From Octopus vulgaris (taxonomy: Eukaryota), in NCBI GenBank assembly GCA_951406725.2, contig OX597829.1, positions 7,750,001 to 7,814,000 of the forward strand: 64,000 nt of DNA, given 5' to 3'. Shown here one piece after another: positions 35,754 to 48,972 of the stretch. The translations under genes and the position numbers were made by a program. The notes beneath the pieces were generated by a model. That model was not told where the DNA came from. It worked only from the letters and a program-made list of their open reading frames with translations, and did not search any database. Within the stretch, counting starts at the first letter, position 1, and every line of letters begins with the position of its first letter.

Positions 35754-36157
35754 TGCTGTAATCTCTCAAGAAAATCCTACGGATGTTCCACAGAAACATG
35801 ATAGAGTCACAAAAGGAGACAGCATGTGATTGTTTAATCTGCTGAAAACCGGAGCTTAATCTCATTCAAATTACAACTTGTCATTCCTTTTTCTTTTTTT
35901 TTTTTTTTGTAATAACAAGAAAGACACATTACATAATGTAAATTGTGATATACTATATCTGAGAAAAAGATGGAAGGATCAAGACTGGAATTGCTTTGAA
36001 CATAAGCCCTTTTGTTAATGGTTAAGTGGGGCTCTAAAATAACAATGCAACCATAAAAAGTCTTGAAAGCTCAATTTTTTAAATGCAAAGAAAATAGCTA
36101 AAATAACTTAATAAGTGGAAAATAGCAGAAAATAAAAACATGAACATTAACAAACAA

Positions 36158-36194
<37 letters not shown>

Positions 36195-37294
36195 TCATGT
36201 TTCTATAAAGCTGAAAGACTGAAGTGATACAAAATTAGCTTGTCACTATCAGCTAGAATCCAATAATTATCACTATTAGCCAGTATCTAACAATTATCTA
36301 CATAGTAGACAAGGAAGTATTTCACCATTGTGCCAGGTTAACATAATGGTAAGTTGGTATGTATAGTTACACACTTACCATAATTCACATTCCAATATTG
36401 CCACTGATATACCTTACATACAAACACAAGGGTCTCATTAGAATTACTGTAACCAATGTATTTGTATCCTTATGAGGGGGGTCTATGGATTTTTTCACAT
36501 AACATGAGTTTGTGTATGTTAACATTATTCATTTGCATACTTCAAACTTCAGATGACAATCTTATGCCCTGCCATCTGAGCTGTCACAACATATATTTGC
36601 ATACCTAAACATTCATTAGCAAACACTATGCATAACTTTCTTTGGTCATATGCATATGAGGACATGTATAAACACATACTCATAATTAAACAACAGATAA
36701 TAACAAACATAAATACACACACACACAGATAAACACACAAATAGAAATTCGAAATCATTTTAATGTCTACATTTTTCATGCTTGCATGGGTTAGATGAAA
36801 CTTACTTAAATAGATTATTCTACAGATGGATTTTTCCAAGCAAAGTAATATTTCCCCTAATCTTTTGAACAATAAACAGCTCCATTCTCATCGCATTTGA
36901 TTTTGTACTGAGACTCAAAAGACGCACAGGCAACTTTTCGTCAAATGGGGACCCACATCATACCATTTCCAAGTGCAAGAGGGCCGCATGAAAAAACACT
37001 TATGCATGAAATATTATTTGCCCATTTTACACTGAATATTTTGCAGTTCTTCATAATTTTATTTGTGTTAGTATGAAAGCTTACATTAAGCTGGCATCTC
37101 TTCCATTATTTCCTATTGATAATAATAAGGTTAATAATTGGAAAATTTGAGAAAATTTTTCGCTTGTAAAAATTAGTAACCTAGAAACTCATCAGGGGCT
37201 GCAGGTTGCCCATGCACAATTTAGACTAAAGTTTAGACTGCAACTGGAAATTTGTCCATTGTAATCTGCATCTCATTTTGTAAGTATTACAAAG

Positions 37295-37596
37295 GAGGCA
37301 CATGGCCTAGTGGTTAGAGCAGCAGACTCGCAGTCGAGGGATCGCGGGTTCAAATCTCAGACCAGGCGGCGTGTGTGTTTATGAGTGAAAACACCCAAGC
37401 TCCACGCGGCTCTAGCAGGAGGTAATGGTGAGACTTCTGCTGACTCTTTCACCACAACTTTCTCTCGCTCTTTCCTCCTGCATCTTGCAGCTCACCTGCG
37501 ACGGACTGGCGTCTCGTCTAGGAGGGGAACCTATACACCAAGAAACCGGCCCTTATGAGCCAGGCATGGCTCGAGAAGGAACAAACAAGCAAACAA
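37295..37596 (+). mobile_element. full-length tRNA-derived SINE, family D, with 13-bp TSD
   Basis: A box TGGCCTAGTGG, B box GGTTCAAATC, 'cctgcgacggactggcgtctcgtctagg' motif, (AAAC)n tail; TSD aagtattacaaag at 37282-37294 and 37597-37609. Confidence 0.9.
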
Positions 37597-38302
37597 AAGT
37601 ATTACAAAGTCAACATTGTCTGCATACATACGTTCCTTGATTGGCAGAGAAAAGTCTTTCATTTACTATCAAAACCTTGTAAATTGAAAATCTTTCCTGA
37701 AGTTGAAAATCTTACTTTAACACCTTTATGACAATATTGAAAGGTATAAAATAGCAGAGTAGTGAAATATATAGAAAACAAATGTCGGTGCTAGAGTGTC
37801 TACCTATTTTGGTCTATTGTCTAGAGCAATTGCATTTGAAAGTTCTCTATTAAATGCAATGACAAAACTGTTACTGGCTATATTCCAGGAGTATGTCATA
37901 GAAATTTAGGAAATTCTCAAGAGATATGAGATAATTTGTTTTTTTATTTTTTTCATTATCATCATACACTATTATTTAGAGCTTTACTTTGAGTTCAAGT
38001 ATTAACAATAATACATACACACACATGTATATATGTGTGTGTGTGTGTGTGTGCATATGTATGTATGTATGGTATGTATACTTATGTGCGTGTATAGCCA
38101 CAATGAAGATATTTAAACCTCTTATAAAGATATTTATCCAAGATGTGCTGGTTTAATATATCAAACTTTGAAGAGGTGATAATATATTCAGTGAATATAT
38201 TGTATAAAATATGAAATATCAAACATTATTATAGAGTTAGAAAACAGAGTGATCTAATGGATAAAAATTAATTAACTAATTAATCAATCAATCAACATAT
38301 TC

Positions 38303-38403
38303 ACCAACAATTGTTTCATTTCACAAACAAAATTACAATTACAAAACCTATATAAATATATAATTTTGCATTTTAAATAGCTTGTATGGAGAATCACCAG
38401 GGT
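38303..38403 (-). ncRNA. degenerate minimal hammerhead-like motif
   Basis: Minus strand: acc CTGGTGA [long AT-rich stem II] GAAA CAATTG TT ggt; palindromic stem III typical of Penelope-type minimal hammerheads; A6 of the core mutated. Confidence 0.4.
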
Positions 38404-38580
38404 TTACAAAGGACAATACAAGAATTACATTAGGATACATTTGGAACACTCAGAATATATAATAATTAATCGTATATCATATATAGATACAAAAGTATGT
38501 GTAATACTTTTGCAATTGTGTATGTTCATGTTTCTATGTTTATTCACATGGATGTATGTGTATATATTATCTATTTATGC

Positions 38581-38634
<54 letters not shown>

Positions 38635-38989
38635 AAATTAATTTGTATTTATTAGATCTCCTTTTATATATACATATATATATATAAATATAAAAAATGG
38701 AACAAAAGCGCAATAGAGGACAATATATAAAACAAAGATCTAATGAATACAAATAGCTATATGTAACCAGTATCATAAACACAAGATTGAATTATACCAT
38801 TTATTCCCTACACACATTCTGGATACTCTGCAATAGGTATTCATAGTGCAACTGAATGCAAATATACAAGAGTTTTTCAAGGGATCATTCTATTTCATTA
38901 GACAGGTAAAGGTGCATACTATAAGCTACATTAAGGTTACCATCCTTTTGCCTATATTTACACTAATCCCACTGAAGCTAGTCAGGCAA

Positions 38990-40390
38990 CTACAGAATAT
39001 TTAGCCAAGAATAAACCACTGTACTTGGCATTTGTTGGCTCTGAGAAAGCTTTTGACAGTACATTGCTGTGTGGTATGGTAAGCTCTGAGGAAGTCAGGG
39101 GTAGATGAGTGGCTTGTGAAAGCAATATAAGCCATGTACAAAGGTGCTGTCAGTAAGGTGAGAGTTAACCATGAGTACAATGATAAATTTAGTGTAGGGG
39201 TAGGCATTCATCAGGGTTTGGTTCTCAGTCCCCTGCTAACCATCATCATCAAACTCCAGGCCATAACAAAGGAACTGAAGACTAGTGTCCCTGGCAACTG
39301 TTATATGCTGATGATCGTATTCTAATAGCAGATTCTTAAACAGAATTAGAAAAGAAATTCCAGGTGTGGAAGTAAAACCTGGAATCAAAAGGCTTTAAGA
39401 TTAACTTCGTAAAGAGTAAGGGTCTAGTAAGCAAGAAAACAGACAGGACCTTTCTGCCACCCGATAATGGCCCTGTTTGATATGCAGAAAAAGTTTAAGC
39501 AACAATTCCACATGATGTACCCAGTGAAAGCTATAGACACACAAGAGCTGCAGTGGAATAATAGAAAAATTATCAGAGAAGGTAATGTTTGTTGAGTGGA
39601 AGATGCAGAAGAGTCCTAAAAACTACAGACACTCAAGAAATTGATTTTTTTAAATGCTACGGATTCTCTTTAGAGGTAGGGGATAATTTCTGCTAGGGGA
39701 GCTAGTGAGCTACAGGGATGATACACAGAAAGAGGATAGAGAAAATTCAGAGAGTTTTTATCTGTTGGCAACCAAAGGTCTCTCTGCTGCAAGTTAGTGA
39801 GGAATGAGCCTTGAATGCAGAAGACATGTGAAGGCTAGAGAGGAATAAAGTTAGTATGTTCTGTTGGAAGTGCAATGTTAGTGTACACATGCAACACAGC
39901 ACTAGTGTTTTGATGGGGTAAAAGTTGGGTATAAGAGGAATTAGATGTAGTATACAAGAGAGAAGACTGCACTGGTTTGGTCATTTGATGTGTATGGATG
40001 AGGACAGTTGCTGATCACTTGAAGTGGATGAAAGATGTGGAAGAGGAAGAACTAGTAAGACATGGGACAAAGTATTGAAAGCTGATCTCAGAACACTGAG
40101 CCTTACAGAGGAGATGTCTAAGGACCGAGATATCTGGTGTATTGCTATAATCAAGAACACCCATCCACCACAGCCTAATTGATACTGATGTTTGCGACAT
40201 ATTAAAAACACTCATGCACCCAGTACCCAGTACACTCTATGGAGTCGCTGGTGTTAGGAAGGACATCCAGTGATGGAAACCATGCCAGAACAAACAATGG
40301 ATTTTGGTGTGGCCTCTGGCTTTAGCAGCTCTGGTCAAACCATCCCACCCACAGCAGCATGGAAAATGGATGTTAAATGATGATGATGAT
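38990..40390 (+). mobile_element. older RTE-clade LINE copy
   Basis: EKAFD, GIHQGLVLSPLL, YADD, decayed finger, RRLHWFGHLM, (GAT)n tail. Confidence 0.85.
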
Positions 40391-41086
40391 AACAATAGCT
40401 CAAAAATAACCAGTAGCAATTTTGTCTAATTATGTACACAGAAAATACAATATATATATATGTATGTATGTGTGTGTGGTGGGGTCCACCAAGGATCAGC
40501 CCTCAGTCTCCTTTCATTTATCATAGTCCTCCAGGCAATAACAGAGGAATTAAATGCTTTTCATGTTGCATAATAAGCATAATTTTTCTAAGAAAACCTT
40601 ACTATATTTGATGAATAGTTATCTAATTGCTGTGACGCAAAATTTCTGTTTCTAATTGTCTTAATTCTTAGGTTAATTTCTAATTCTTTCATTACCTACT
40701 GATGTCACCAGTAGATGACTATCAAAATAGCTCTCATTTTAGATTACATTTCTTCATTACGTTCTTTTTGTATGCGTCTGTGTACTGGAAATATTTCCTT
40801 AGTTCACTTCGAACTTAACTAATCTTAGATTGCCTTGAAACATTGTTTTAGCATGAATTTTCAGAAATATTTATTTCAATATTTTCTGTATCAACATCAT
40901 CATTGTTTAATGTCCCCCTTCCATGCTGGCATGGGTGATATGTTAGTATAACAGAAACAATTATCAGATTTATAGGTGAATCCTACAATTAAAGATTTGG
41001 TTTTCTCTACATGCATTTTTTTTATATGGGTCGAAACAACTGTAGTGATCAATAAACATTCTTCTATCACTCATATCATCTACCTG

Positions 41087-41217
41087 TCGGTGTTAGGAAG
41101 GGCATCCAGCTGTAGAAACTCTGCCAGATCAAGACTGGAGCCTGGTGCAGTCATCTGGTTTGCCAGCCCACAGTCAAACCGTCCAACCCATGCTAGCATG
41201 GAAAGCGGACGTTAAAC

Positions 41218-41249
<32 letters not shown>
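41087..41249 (+). mobile_element. RTE 3'-end fragment
   Basis: 'gttaggaagggcatccagctgtagaaactctgcc...gcatggaaagcggacgttaaac(gat)n'; similar short copies at 12585-12760(-), 43485-43667(+), 46285-46428(+), 60255-60450(-), 62125-62300(-). Confidence 0.85.
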
Positions 41250-42126
41250 CATATATATATGTGTGTGTGTTTATATATATAAATATTATCATCCTTTAAT
41301 GGCTGTTTTCCATGCTGGCATGGGTTGGACAATATATATGTAGATATGTATGTAGATTTTGAAGTTGAGTTTGTCTGCGTGTGTATGAATGTAGTAACAC
41401 AAACCTATCTACACAAACTTAGACAAACACATATTTGAACATCCACATTCAACTAGAACATGTGCACACACACACACACACAAACACACATACATTAACA
41501 ATGTATTCACAAAGAATGGATCCTTTCACTTAAGCCATTAACACTACACTATAATTTAAATCCCCTACCCACATTCAGGCACCATAATAATGTTAGTCAA
41601 AGTCCAGGGCAGTTAAGGGAAGGGTGAGATAATGTGAGAGGTTTGTTTAGTGGAGTGGGTGTAAATAAACCATTAACTTTGCATTACCTCCCATTCACCT
41701 AGACCTATCCTCCCAAACACCTAAAACACAATAACTTCCTAGGATTATATGAGAAAGCACCTCTGTTATTTCAGAGATAATCTGTTCTAATTAACAACAT
41801 TTGTATGCTAACGTTTCTACCTTTCTTTTCTTCTTCTTTTTTTTTTTTACCTAATAGACTCTGTTAGAAACTTCTGTTTGTCAGTGTGTGTCACGTAGCA
41901 GATATAACATTAGCTGGTGGAGTCAACCAACACTAGAAGATGCTGGAACATGAAGAACTTGACTAAAGATAACTTGAGATAAACATTGCTCTTTTAGTGG
42001 ACAAATTGCAATTCACTGGTAAACAGTCACAGTATAAGTTTGTGTACACATAACCAGGTGTATATTTAAAAAAATAAATATATCTATACAAATTATACAC
42101 ATGCATAAATTTGTATACATATGTTT

Positions 42127-42168
<42 letters not shown>

Positions 42169-42211
42169 AGAGAGAGAGTTTGTGCATGTGTGTGTATAAA
42201 TGTATATATAT

Positions 42212-42582
42212 TCTTTGTTTTTTACTAGTTTCAGTCATTTGACTGCAGCCATGCTGGTACATCACCTTAAAGGGTTACAGTTAAGGAAATTGACCCCAGG
42301 ACTTATTCTTTGTAAGCCTAGTATTTGGCTCTTTTGCCAAATTGCTAAGTTTTTTGCCAATCTGTGAAACATACTAGCATTGGTAGTCAAGGAATAGCAG
42401 GTGGGACAAACACACACACACATATGACACGTTTCTTTCAGTTTCTGTCTACCAAACCCACTCACAAAGATTTGGTTGGCCCGAGGCAATGGTAAAACAC
42501 ACTTGCCCAAGGTGTCACATAGTAGGACTGAACTCAGAACCATGTGGTTGGGAAGTTAGCTTCTTACAAAACAGCCACGTTT
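42212..42582 (-). mobile_element. SINE family A
   Basis: Reverse complement of family A head, body and tail; further minus copies at 43735-43995 and 49090-49245. Confidence 0.85.
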
Positions 42583-43252
42583 GCATCATTTATTCAAAAG
42601 GGGCAACAAGGGAAATTCTACACAGTAACTCAAACTGCTAATAATAGCAGCCAAATCACCAAATTATAATCTCTATTAAAAAGAAAAACACATCTGGTAT
42701 AGTGTAGAATACTCTCTGAAAGCACTGGGTGTTAAAATACCAGAGAGCCATGCACAGGCGACACATCTCACCCCAGATCCCATCCAGAAATGATGGACAT
42801 CTATGTTTTGCCATGTTTGTGGCTTATCAACATTGTATACCCAAATTGAATCAGGGATGAATAATACAGCCAGTCCACAACAAATGCACAGAGAGTGAAA
42901 ACTATCTGCTGGTATGCCTGGAGAATACATACATGAGAATAAAATCAAATATGAATTATATTATATTATATATATATAATAGCATCTAATGAAATACTTT
43001 TCTGAAAACAAAGCTTCATAAACCATATATGTTCACTTGATTTCTCTTTCTAACAGCTGAATTAGGCTATCACCATCATCATCATCGCTATAGAAACCTG
43101 CTTTGCAACCATATATTCCATGTTTGGTCCTGTTGTACAATTCCTACAATATACTTCATGCTATAACAACAGATGGACTTATGATTTATGAGCAGACTTT
43201 TATATGCAAGGAAACTGTACAGAAGCACACAATATATATTATATATCTATTA

Positions 43253-43458
43253 TACAAGGGGTTGCTGAAAAGTTCATGGCTTTAAGGGCTTCATTGGAGG
43301 ACCAACCTTACAAGTTCTTTTACAGGGTTTAGAAAAACTGAATGACCACTGCCATAAGTGCGTGAATCTGAGTGGGGAATATTCTCCTCTCACATTAATT
43401 AATTGATCCTCCTGTATTTTCTTTTATTCAAAGCCAGGAACTTTTCAGCGCATCATGG
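43253..43458 (+). mobile_element. mariner-derived MITE
   Basis: TIR 'gctgaaaagttcatggcttt' / 'aaagccaggaacttttcagc'; internal remnant GLEKLNDHCHKCVNLSGEY resembles the mariner transposase C-terminus. Confidence 0.75.
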
Positions 43459-43672
43459 TGTGTATGTGTATGTATTGGCTCTCGTACCAGTGGCATGTAA
43501 AAGCACCCACTACACTCTCAGAGTGATTGGCATTAGGAAGGGCATCCAGCTGTAGAAACTCTGCGAGATCAGATTGGAGCCTGGTGCAGCCATCTGGTTC
43601 GCCAGTCCTCAGTCAAACCATCCAGCCCATGCTAGCATGGAAAGTGGACGTTAAACGATGATGATGATATAT

Positions 43673-43711
<39 letters not shown>

Positions 43712-44339
43712 GGGAGAGAGAGAGAGAGAGAGAATTATGGGGATGTAAACACACCAGCACCTGTTGTCAAGCAGTGGTGGAGGACAAGTAGACACAAGAA
43801 CACACACACATACACGCACATATATATATATATATATAAACACACAACGGGCTTCTTTCAGTTTCTGACTACCAAATCCACTCACAAGGCCTTGGTCAGC
43901 TCAAGGCTATAGTAGGAGATACTTGACCAAGGAGGCACACAATGGAATTGAACCTTGAATCATGTGATTGGGAAGCAAGTTTCTTACCACACATCCACAA
44001 TATCTATATCACTGCATATCTTTCACATGTTTTCTTAAGGGAGTAGAGCTTTGGATTCTTGAGCCTCCCCCAGTAACTCAACTGGGTCACAGAGTCAATT
44101 TTCTTTGTGTAGTCACATCAGATTGCCTCAAGTTCACCCACCAGTTGGAAGCACTGCAGTGATCACAGTTAGGAGCAGTAAATCCAGATGGCTGAAAATG
44201 AAAGTTCTCCAATGGTATCTTTCTTCTGGTTCAGAATCGTCTTAGAATACATCTCAACAGCACAGTGTTGCCATCTAGGTAAAACACATGGAATTTTGCC
44301 TCATTACTCACACAGATTACCATGTCACACCAACTGACT

Positions 44340-44900
44340 ATGGGATTATCCTACCCACTGGTCCTGTGTATTCCAATTGTAGTTTGTAAGCCGGTAGTGA
44401 AGTGCTTGAAACTTCTCAGCACTGAATTGTATGTTATTTGCATCAGCCCACTTATGTATTGCATTCATGCTGTTTTGCAGTGATAGTGTGTGATCAGGTG
44501 TGACCAGGGCACTCGACCACCTGTGATACTTTTGTATTATTTGCATGGTTGTTGAGAGTGGCTCACTGTATAATTGAGTGCATGTCTGAGAGAGCCACCA
44601 CTAACAGAAGTGGTCCCAGTACTACACTGCGAACTGATGTCTCCCCAGAGCGAGCACCAGTGGCTACAACTGTCTGACTTCTGTCATTTACAAAGTCATG
44701 CAGCCACTCTCCTATTTTTCCAGTGATACCAGGGTCACACAGTTCGTGGCATGTCATCCCATGATTAACTTTGTCAAAGTTGAAATACATCACATCCACA
44801 TGGAAGCCATGTTGTGTGTTTGTGAGTAAGTTATTTTCTTCCAAGAAGGTGATCAGCCTCCTTCTCACAATGCGTTTTATCACTTTGATAACATGTAAAG
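44340..44900 (-). mobile_element. CR1-like RT fragment (decayed)
   Basis: FLEENNLLTNTQHGF, VDVMYFNFDKVNH, GITGKIGEWLHDFVNDRSQTV, VLGPLL, NIQFSAEKFQALH. Confidence 0.8.
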
Positions 44901-46449
44901 TCAGAGAGATAATGTGTGTGTGTGTGTGTACAAACAAGAGAAAGTTACATAATACACACAGCAGATTTGAGACCACCAGAGCTAAAGATCTACTCCATCA
45001 ACTGTTAGGGTTTTTCATTTGTTTGCCATGCTCGTCTTCATCTCCAAAACAAACATATACCAAAAGTGGATATCATTTCCTTCAAATGAATGCATACATA
45101 ACATACAGTGTACACAAATCAAGAAACTGTTTAGATACTCACCCTGGCTATGGAGGGACCGGAACAAATGCTGAGACATTCTTGACTTATTTGGTGTCTT
45201 TTTAAGCATTTCATCAACATCTTGCTTTCTCAGTTTTGTATGACCAATTCGAGCTGAAAGAAAACGAATCAAAGTATATAAACATATAGTATATATTCAT
45301 TATAAGCATACATATTCGTTGTTATCAACATTATTTTGTTTGATATTCCAGATTTTTCCCCTTAATCACAATAGCATGTACGTGTACGCGTGTGAAAGTG
45401 ATGGGGTGAGATGGAAAGACACATGTGAAAGCATTGAAAAATAAGCGGAGATTTATGATGCCACACACATAAAGTAGACTGAGCAAAACGATTGGCTAAA
45501 CAAGTGGAGAAAGTGTAGTGTTGAGGAGAATGTTTAGTTGTAATGTGTGAGGGATGTGACAATTACTATGACAAAAGGCACCGAGTGTACTCTGTAAAAC
45601 TATTGGTAAATGGAAGAACATGCAGTCATAGAGACAAACAGAACATGGAACACGCTGGCAAGATGTGACAACCTGTGAGCCATCTAAGAAGGCAGAGACT
45701 CTCAATAAGAATCATCTTGGGCAGTAACTATCTATTACAGCATTGGAGAACAGGCATCAAAGGATCAGAGACACAATAGTTAGGTAGGTAAACAAAAGAA
45801 GAGAACTTGTTATGTAACAAATGGCCAAATATTTCCATTGCCAGTTATATTCGAGTTTTTGTTATTTAAAAAACAAACAAAACCATCAAGACTGTTTGTT
45901 GCAGTTGCGAAACTTGAAGTAAAGCATCCTTGAGCCAATATTTTAAGCTGGATAGAGAGATGGATAGAAAGAAAGATATGCATAACTATATATCTATGTA
46001 AGAGTGCATGTAAGACTGTATGGCTGCTATGACTAGGCTGGCTGGTAGACTGAAATGCTACTCTAGATTTTCCATGGCATGTAACCACTCTTTTAGACAA
46101 GTCAAAGTGAGTGAGCAAAGTTACATTTCATCACTCTGATGGTAGAAGTATCGTGGAAAAATGAGTGTATAAAGAGTAGGAAAGTAATAATATAACAGTA
46201 ATGATAGTGATGGTAACAGGAAGAAAAATTATTAATACTACTATACCTCATACTGCGGCTATTGCACTATATATACACACAATGGTTGGTGTTAGGAGGA
46301 GCATCCAGCCATAAAAACCATGCCAAAACAGACACATAAGCATGGCATAGGCTCCAGCCTGGTCAGCTCTTATCAAACTGTCAAACCCAAGCCAGTATGG
46401 AAGGAGGACATTAAACAATGATGATGATTACATATATATATATATATCA

Positions 46450-47225
46450 TCATTGTTCGATCATGGTCGAGACAATGGAATTTACTATGTTACACCAGAC
46501 CTTACGGTCATATCATAGCATTACGGAGGTCCTGTTGCTGGATGCCTATATCCCTGGAGATTACATCAGGGTAGGAGAGTGTGTGCCCTCTGGTATCGCA
46601 AGCAGATGGCTTCCAGAGGAGAAGAGTAGAAATGACCTCGTTTCCAGCTCTACAACAATGTCCAGCAAACTGGACTCTTCTACCTTTCACAGGAGATGAT
46701 ACAGGTGGTAGTTTCCCATATATTTGTACTTTGGTTGGATGATGCCTCCACAAGGGATTTTGAGCTCTCATAAGGAGGCCGAGTGTAAGTTCCATCCAAC
46801 CACTTCTCAAGCTTCTTTGATAATGTCCAGGTTTCTGAGCTATATAGTAGAATTGGTTCGACTGTGACTATGAAGATTTTAAGTTTGAAATCTCTACTTA
46901 GATTTGATGACTAGATCTTATGCATGTCATTACAGGCTGACTAGGCCATACCCTTTCTAGTTAGAAAATCCTTTTCAGATGATGATATGTATGACCCAAG
47001 ATATTTGTAATCAGAAACCATATTTAAGAGTGTATTGTTGAGAGTATGGATGATGAAATCACTGTTGGACAGGCACTTGTTTACATATTCAGTCTTGGAC
47101 TCATTGAGGTAAAGACCTACACAATTTGAGGCTTGTTCAAGAGATTGTAAAAGAGACTGGGCATTGGAGAGAAAATCACTGATAAGAGCGATGTCATCAG
47201 CAAAGTCAGTGTCTGTTAAGGGTTC
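46450..47225 (-). mobile_element. RTE/RTEX-type LINE 3' fragment, distinct family
   Basis: Minus-strand translation DFADDIAL...GLYLNESKTE...YKYLGSYI...ILLYSSETWTL...RRVQFAGHC. Confidence 0.85.
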
Positions 47226-47231
47226 AGCTTA

Positions 47232-47265
<34 letters not shown>

Positions 47266-47689
47266 TTGGGACAAACAGGATAAAAAGTACATACACTAGT
47301 ACATATATTTTTTTATTATCTTTAATTACAGAAAGTTACAAAAATGAATCACAGGCTAAGAGTTACACGTACACACACACCAAGTAAATACAGAGAAAAG
47401 ACTGGAATAACTGATGTTTACCTAACTAGAGAATGATTGGTTTTGATACAGATGGCACTTCAATAAATATATGCATATTTTATCTGAACAAGAAAATTTT
47501 TTAAATGTACACACATTAGACCATTTATTTTCAGCATTCTCAAAGTTGAGTTATAATTTCAATCAGCACTGATATTTTAACCTTCACTTCTCAAATCAAT
47601 GAAATAAGAAGCAAATCTTATAAAAATGAATGTCAAAAACTATTTCCATTGAAGACAAACACATTTTTTTTACACATACACACATTTTA

Positions 47690-47725
<36 letters not shown>

Positions 47726-48751
47726 TGCTATATTTGCTGAGAGAGCAAGCCAAGAATAAACTAACAGATAGGTAGAGAATTTGTTTCTGAAGAAAGAGGG
47801 AAAAAATGTGAGAAAAAAAAAGTGGGGGTATTATTCCCCCACTTAATAAACATAGAGCTAATCTGTGAAGTGAAGTTTGTTGTGCTGTAAAAACATTCTT
47901 ACATCATGGACTAAACTTTGGCACCAGTCACGAAGTCTCCTACAGTGTACAGTTTTCAGTGTGTACATACTGGTGTGTGTGTGCATGCATTGGTGTGAAG
48001 TTTGTGAGATTTTCAAAAATATTATTTCTAAAAATATGTCACAGTTGTACTCTAAAGAAAATACCAATGGTAAACTAGTCTAACTTAATATTTGACATGC
48101 AAAATGTGAAGAGACTGTCTTTTGCCTTTTTTACTTAATATACACTAACAATAAATAATGTTTATGAATAGGTTCTTTACCACAGCAAAAGATAACAGGA
48201 AAATGTCTTGGACTGCATAGTGTCTGCTAAAAATCCATTAATAATACCACACCTAATGTAATGTCGAAACATTGTTTAATTACAGTTAGACTTCATAGGA
48301 ATATTTTGAGGCTTCTTTTAATGCTAATCGTCGCTTTACAGATTATTTGACTTTATTATTTGTAGATTAATATAATATTTTCTTAATTAAGATTTCACAT
48401 ACATCTGTACCTCCAACTTAAGAGAGTTTGGTTTATAAACCCTTTAAAACAAAGTAAACAGAACAGATTTGATGTGACAGTGGAGAAAGGAATGGATAAG
48501 ACAAATATAAATTTTTAAAAAACTATGAAAAAAGAAAAGAAACATGACACATAAAACAGGGATATTAATCAATGTGAGTGATGACAAAATGTATATCATT
48601 TGAAGAATTTAATAATGGTAATAGTGAACAATGCATCATTCAAAAGCAGAAGATTAGTGTCAAAGAAATGTAATATTTTTTGATAAATGATTAAATTTTT
48701 GGCAGTTTGTTCTCTTTATCACTTCAGATTAGATATCAATATTACGTAAGT

Positions 48752-48972
48752 TGGTAAGCTGGCAGAGTTGTTAGCATGCCAAACAAAATGCTGAGCAGTA
48801 TTTCATCTGTCTTTATGGTCTGGGTTCAAATTTTGCTGAAATCAGCTTAGCCTTTCATCCTTTTGGTGGGGTGGAGTTGATAAAATAAGTAGCAGCTGGG
48901 TACTGGGGTTGATGTTATTGACTTACCCCCTACCCCAATATTACTGGCCTTGTGCCAAAATTTGAAACCAAT
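48752..48972 (+). mobile_element. SINE family B
   Basis: 'agctggcagagttgttagcatgcc...ggttcaaatt...gcctttcatccttt...ggccttgtgccaaaatttgaaacc'. Confidence 0.85.

Noticed and set aside
37295-37370. tRNA gene
   Set aside because: The tRNA-like head continues into a SINE body with tail and 13-bp TSD; no proper acceptor stem
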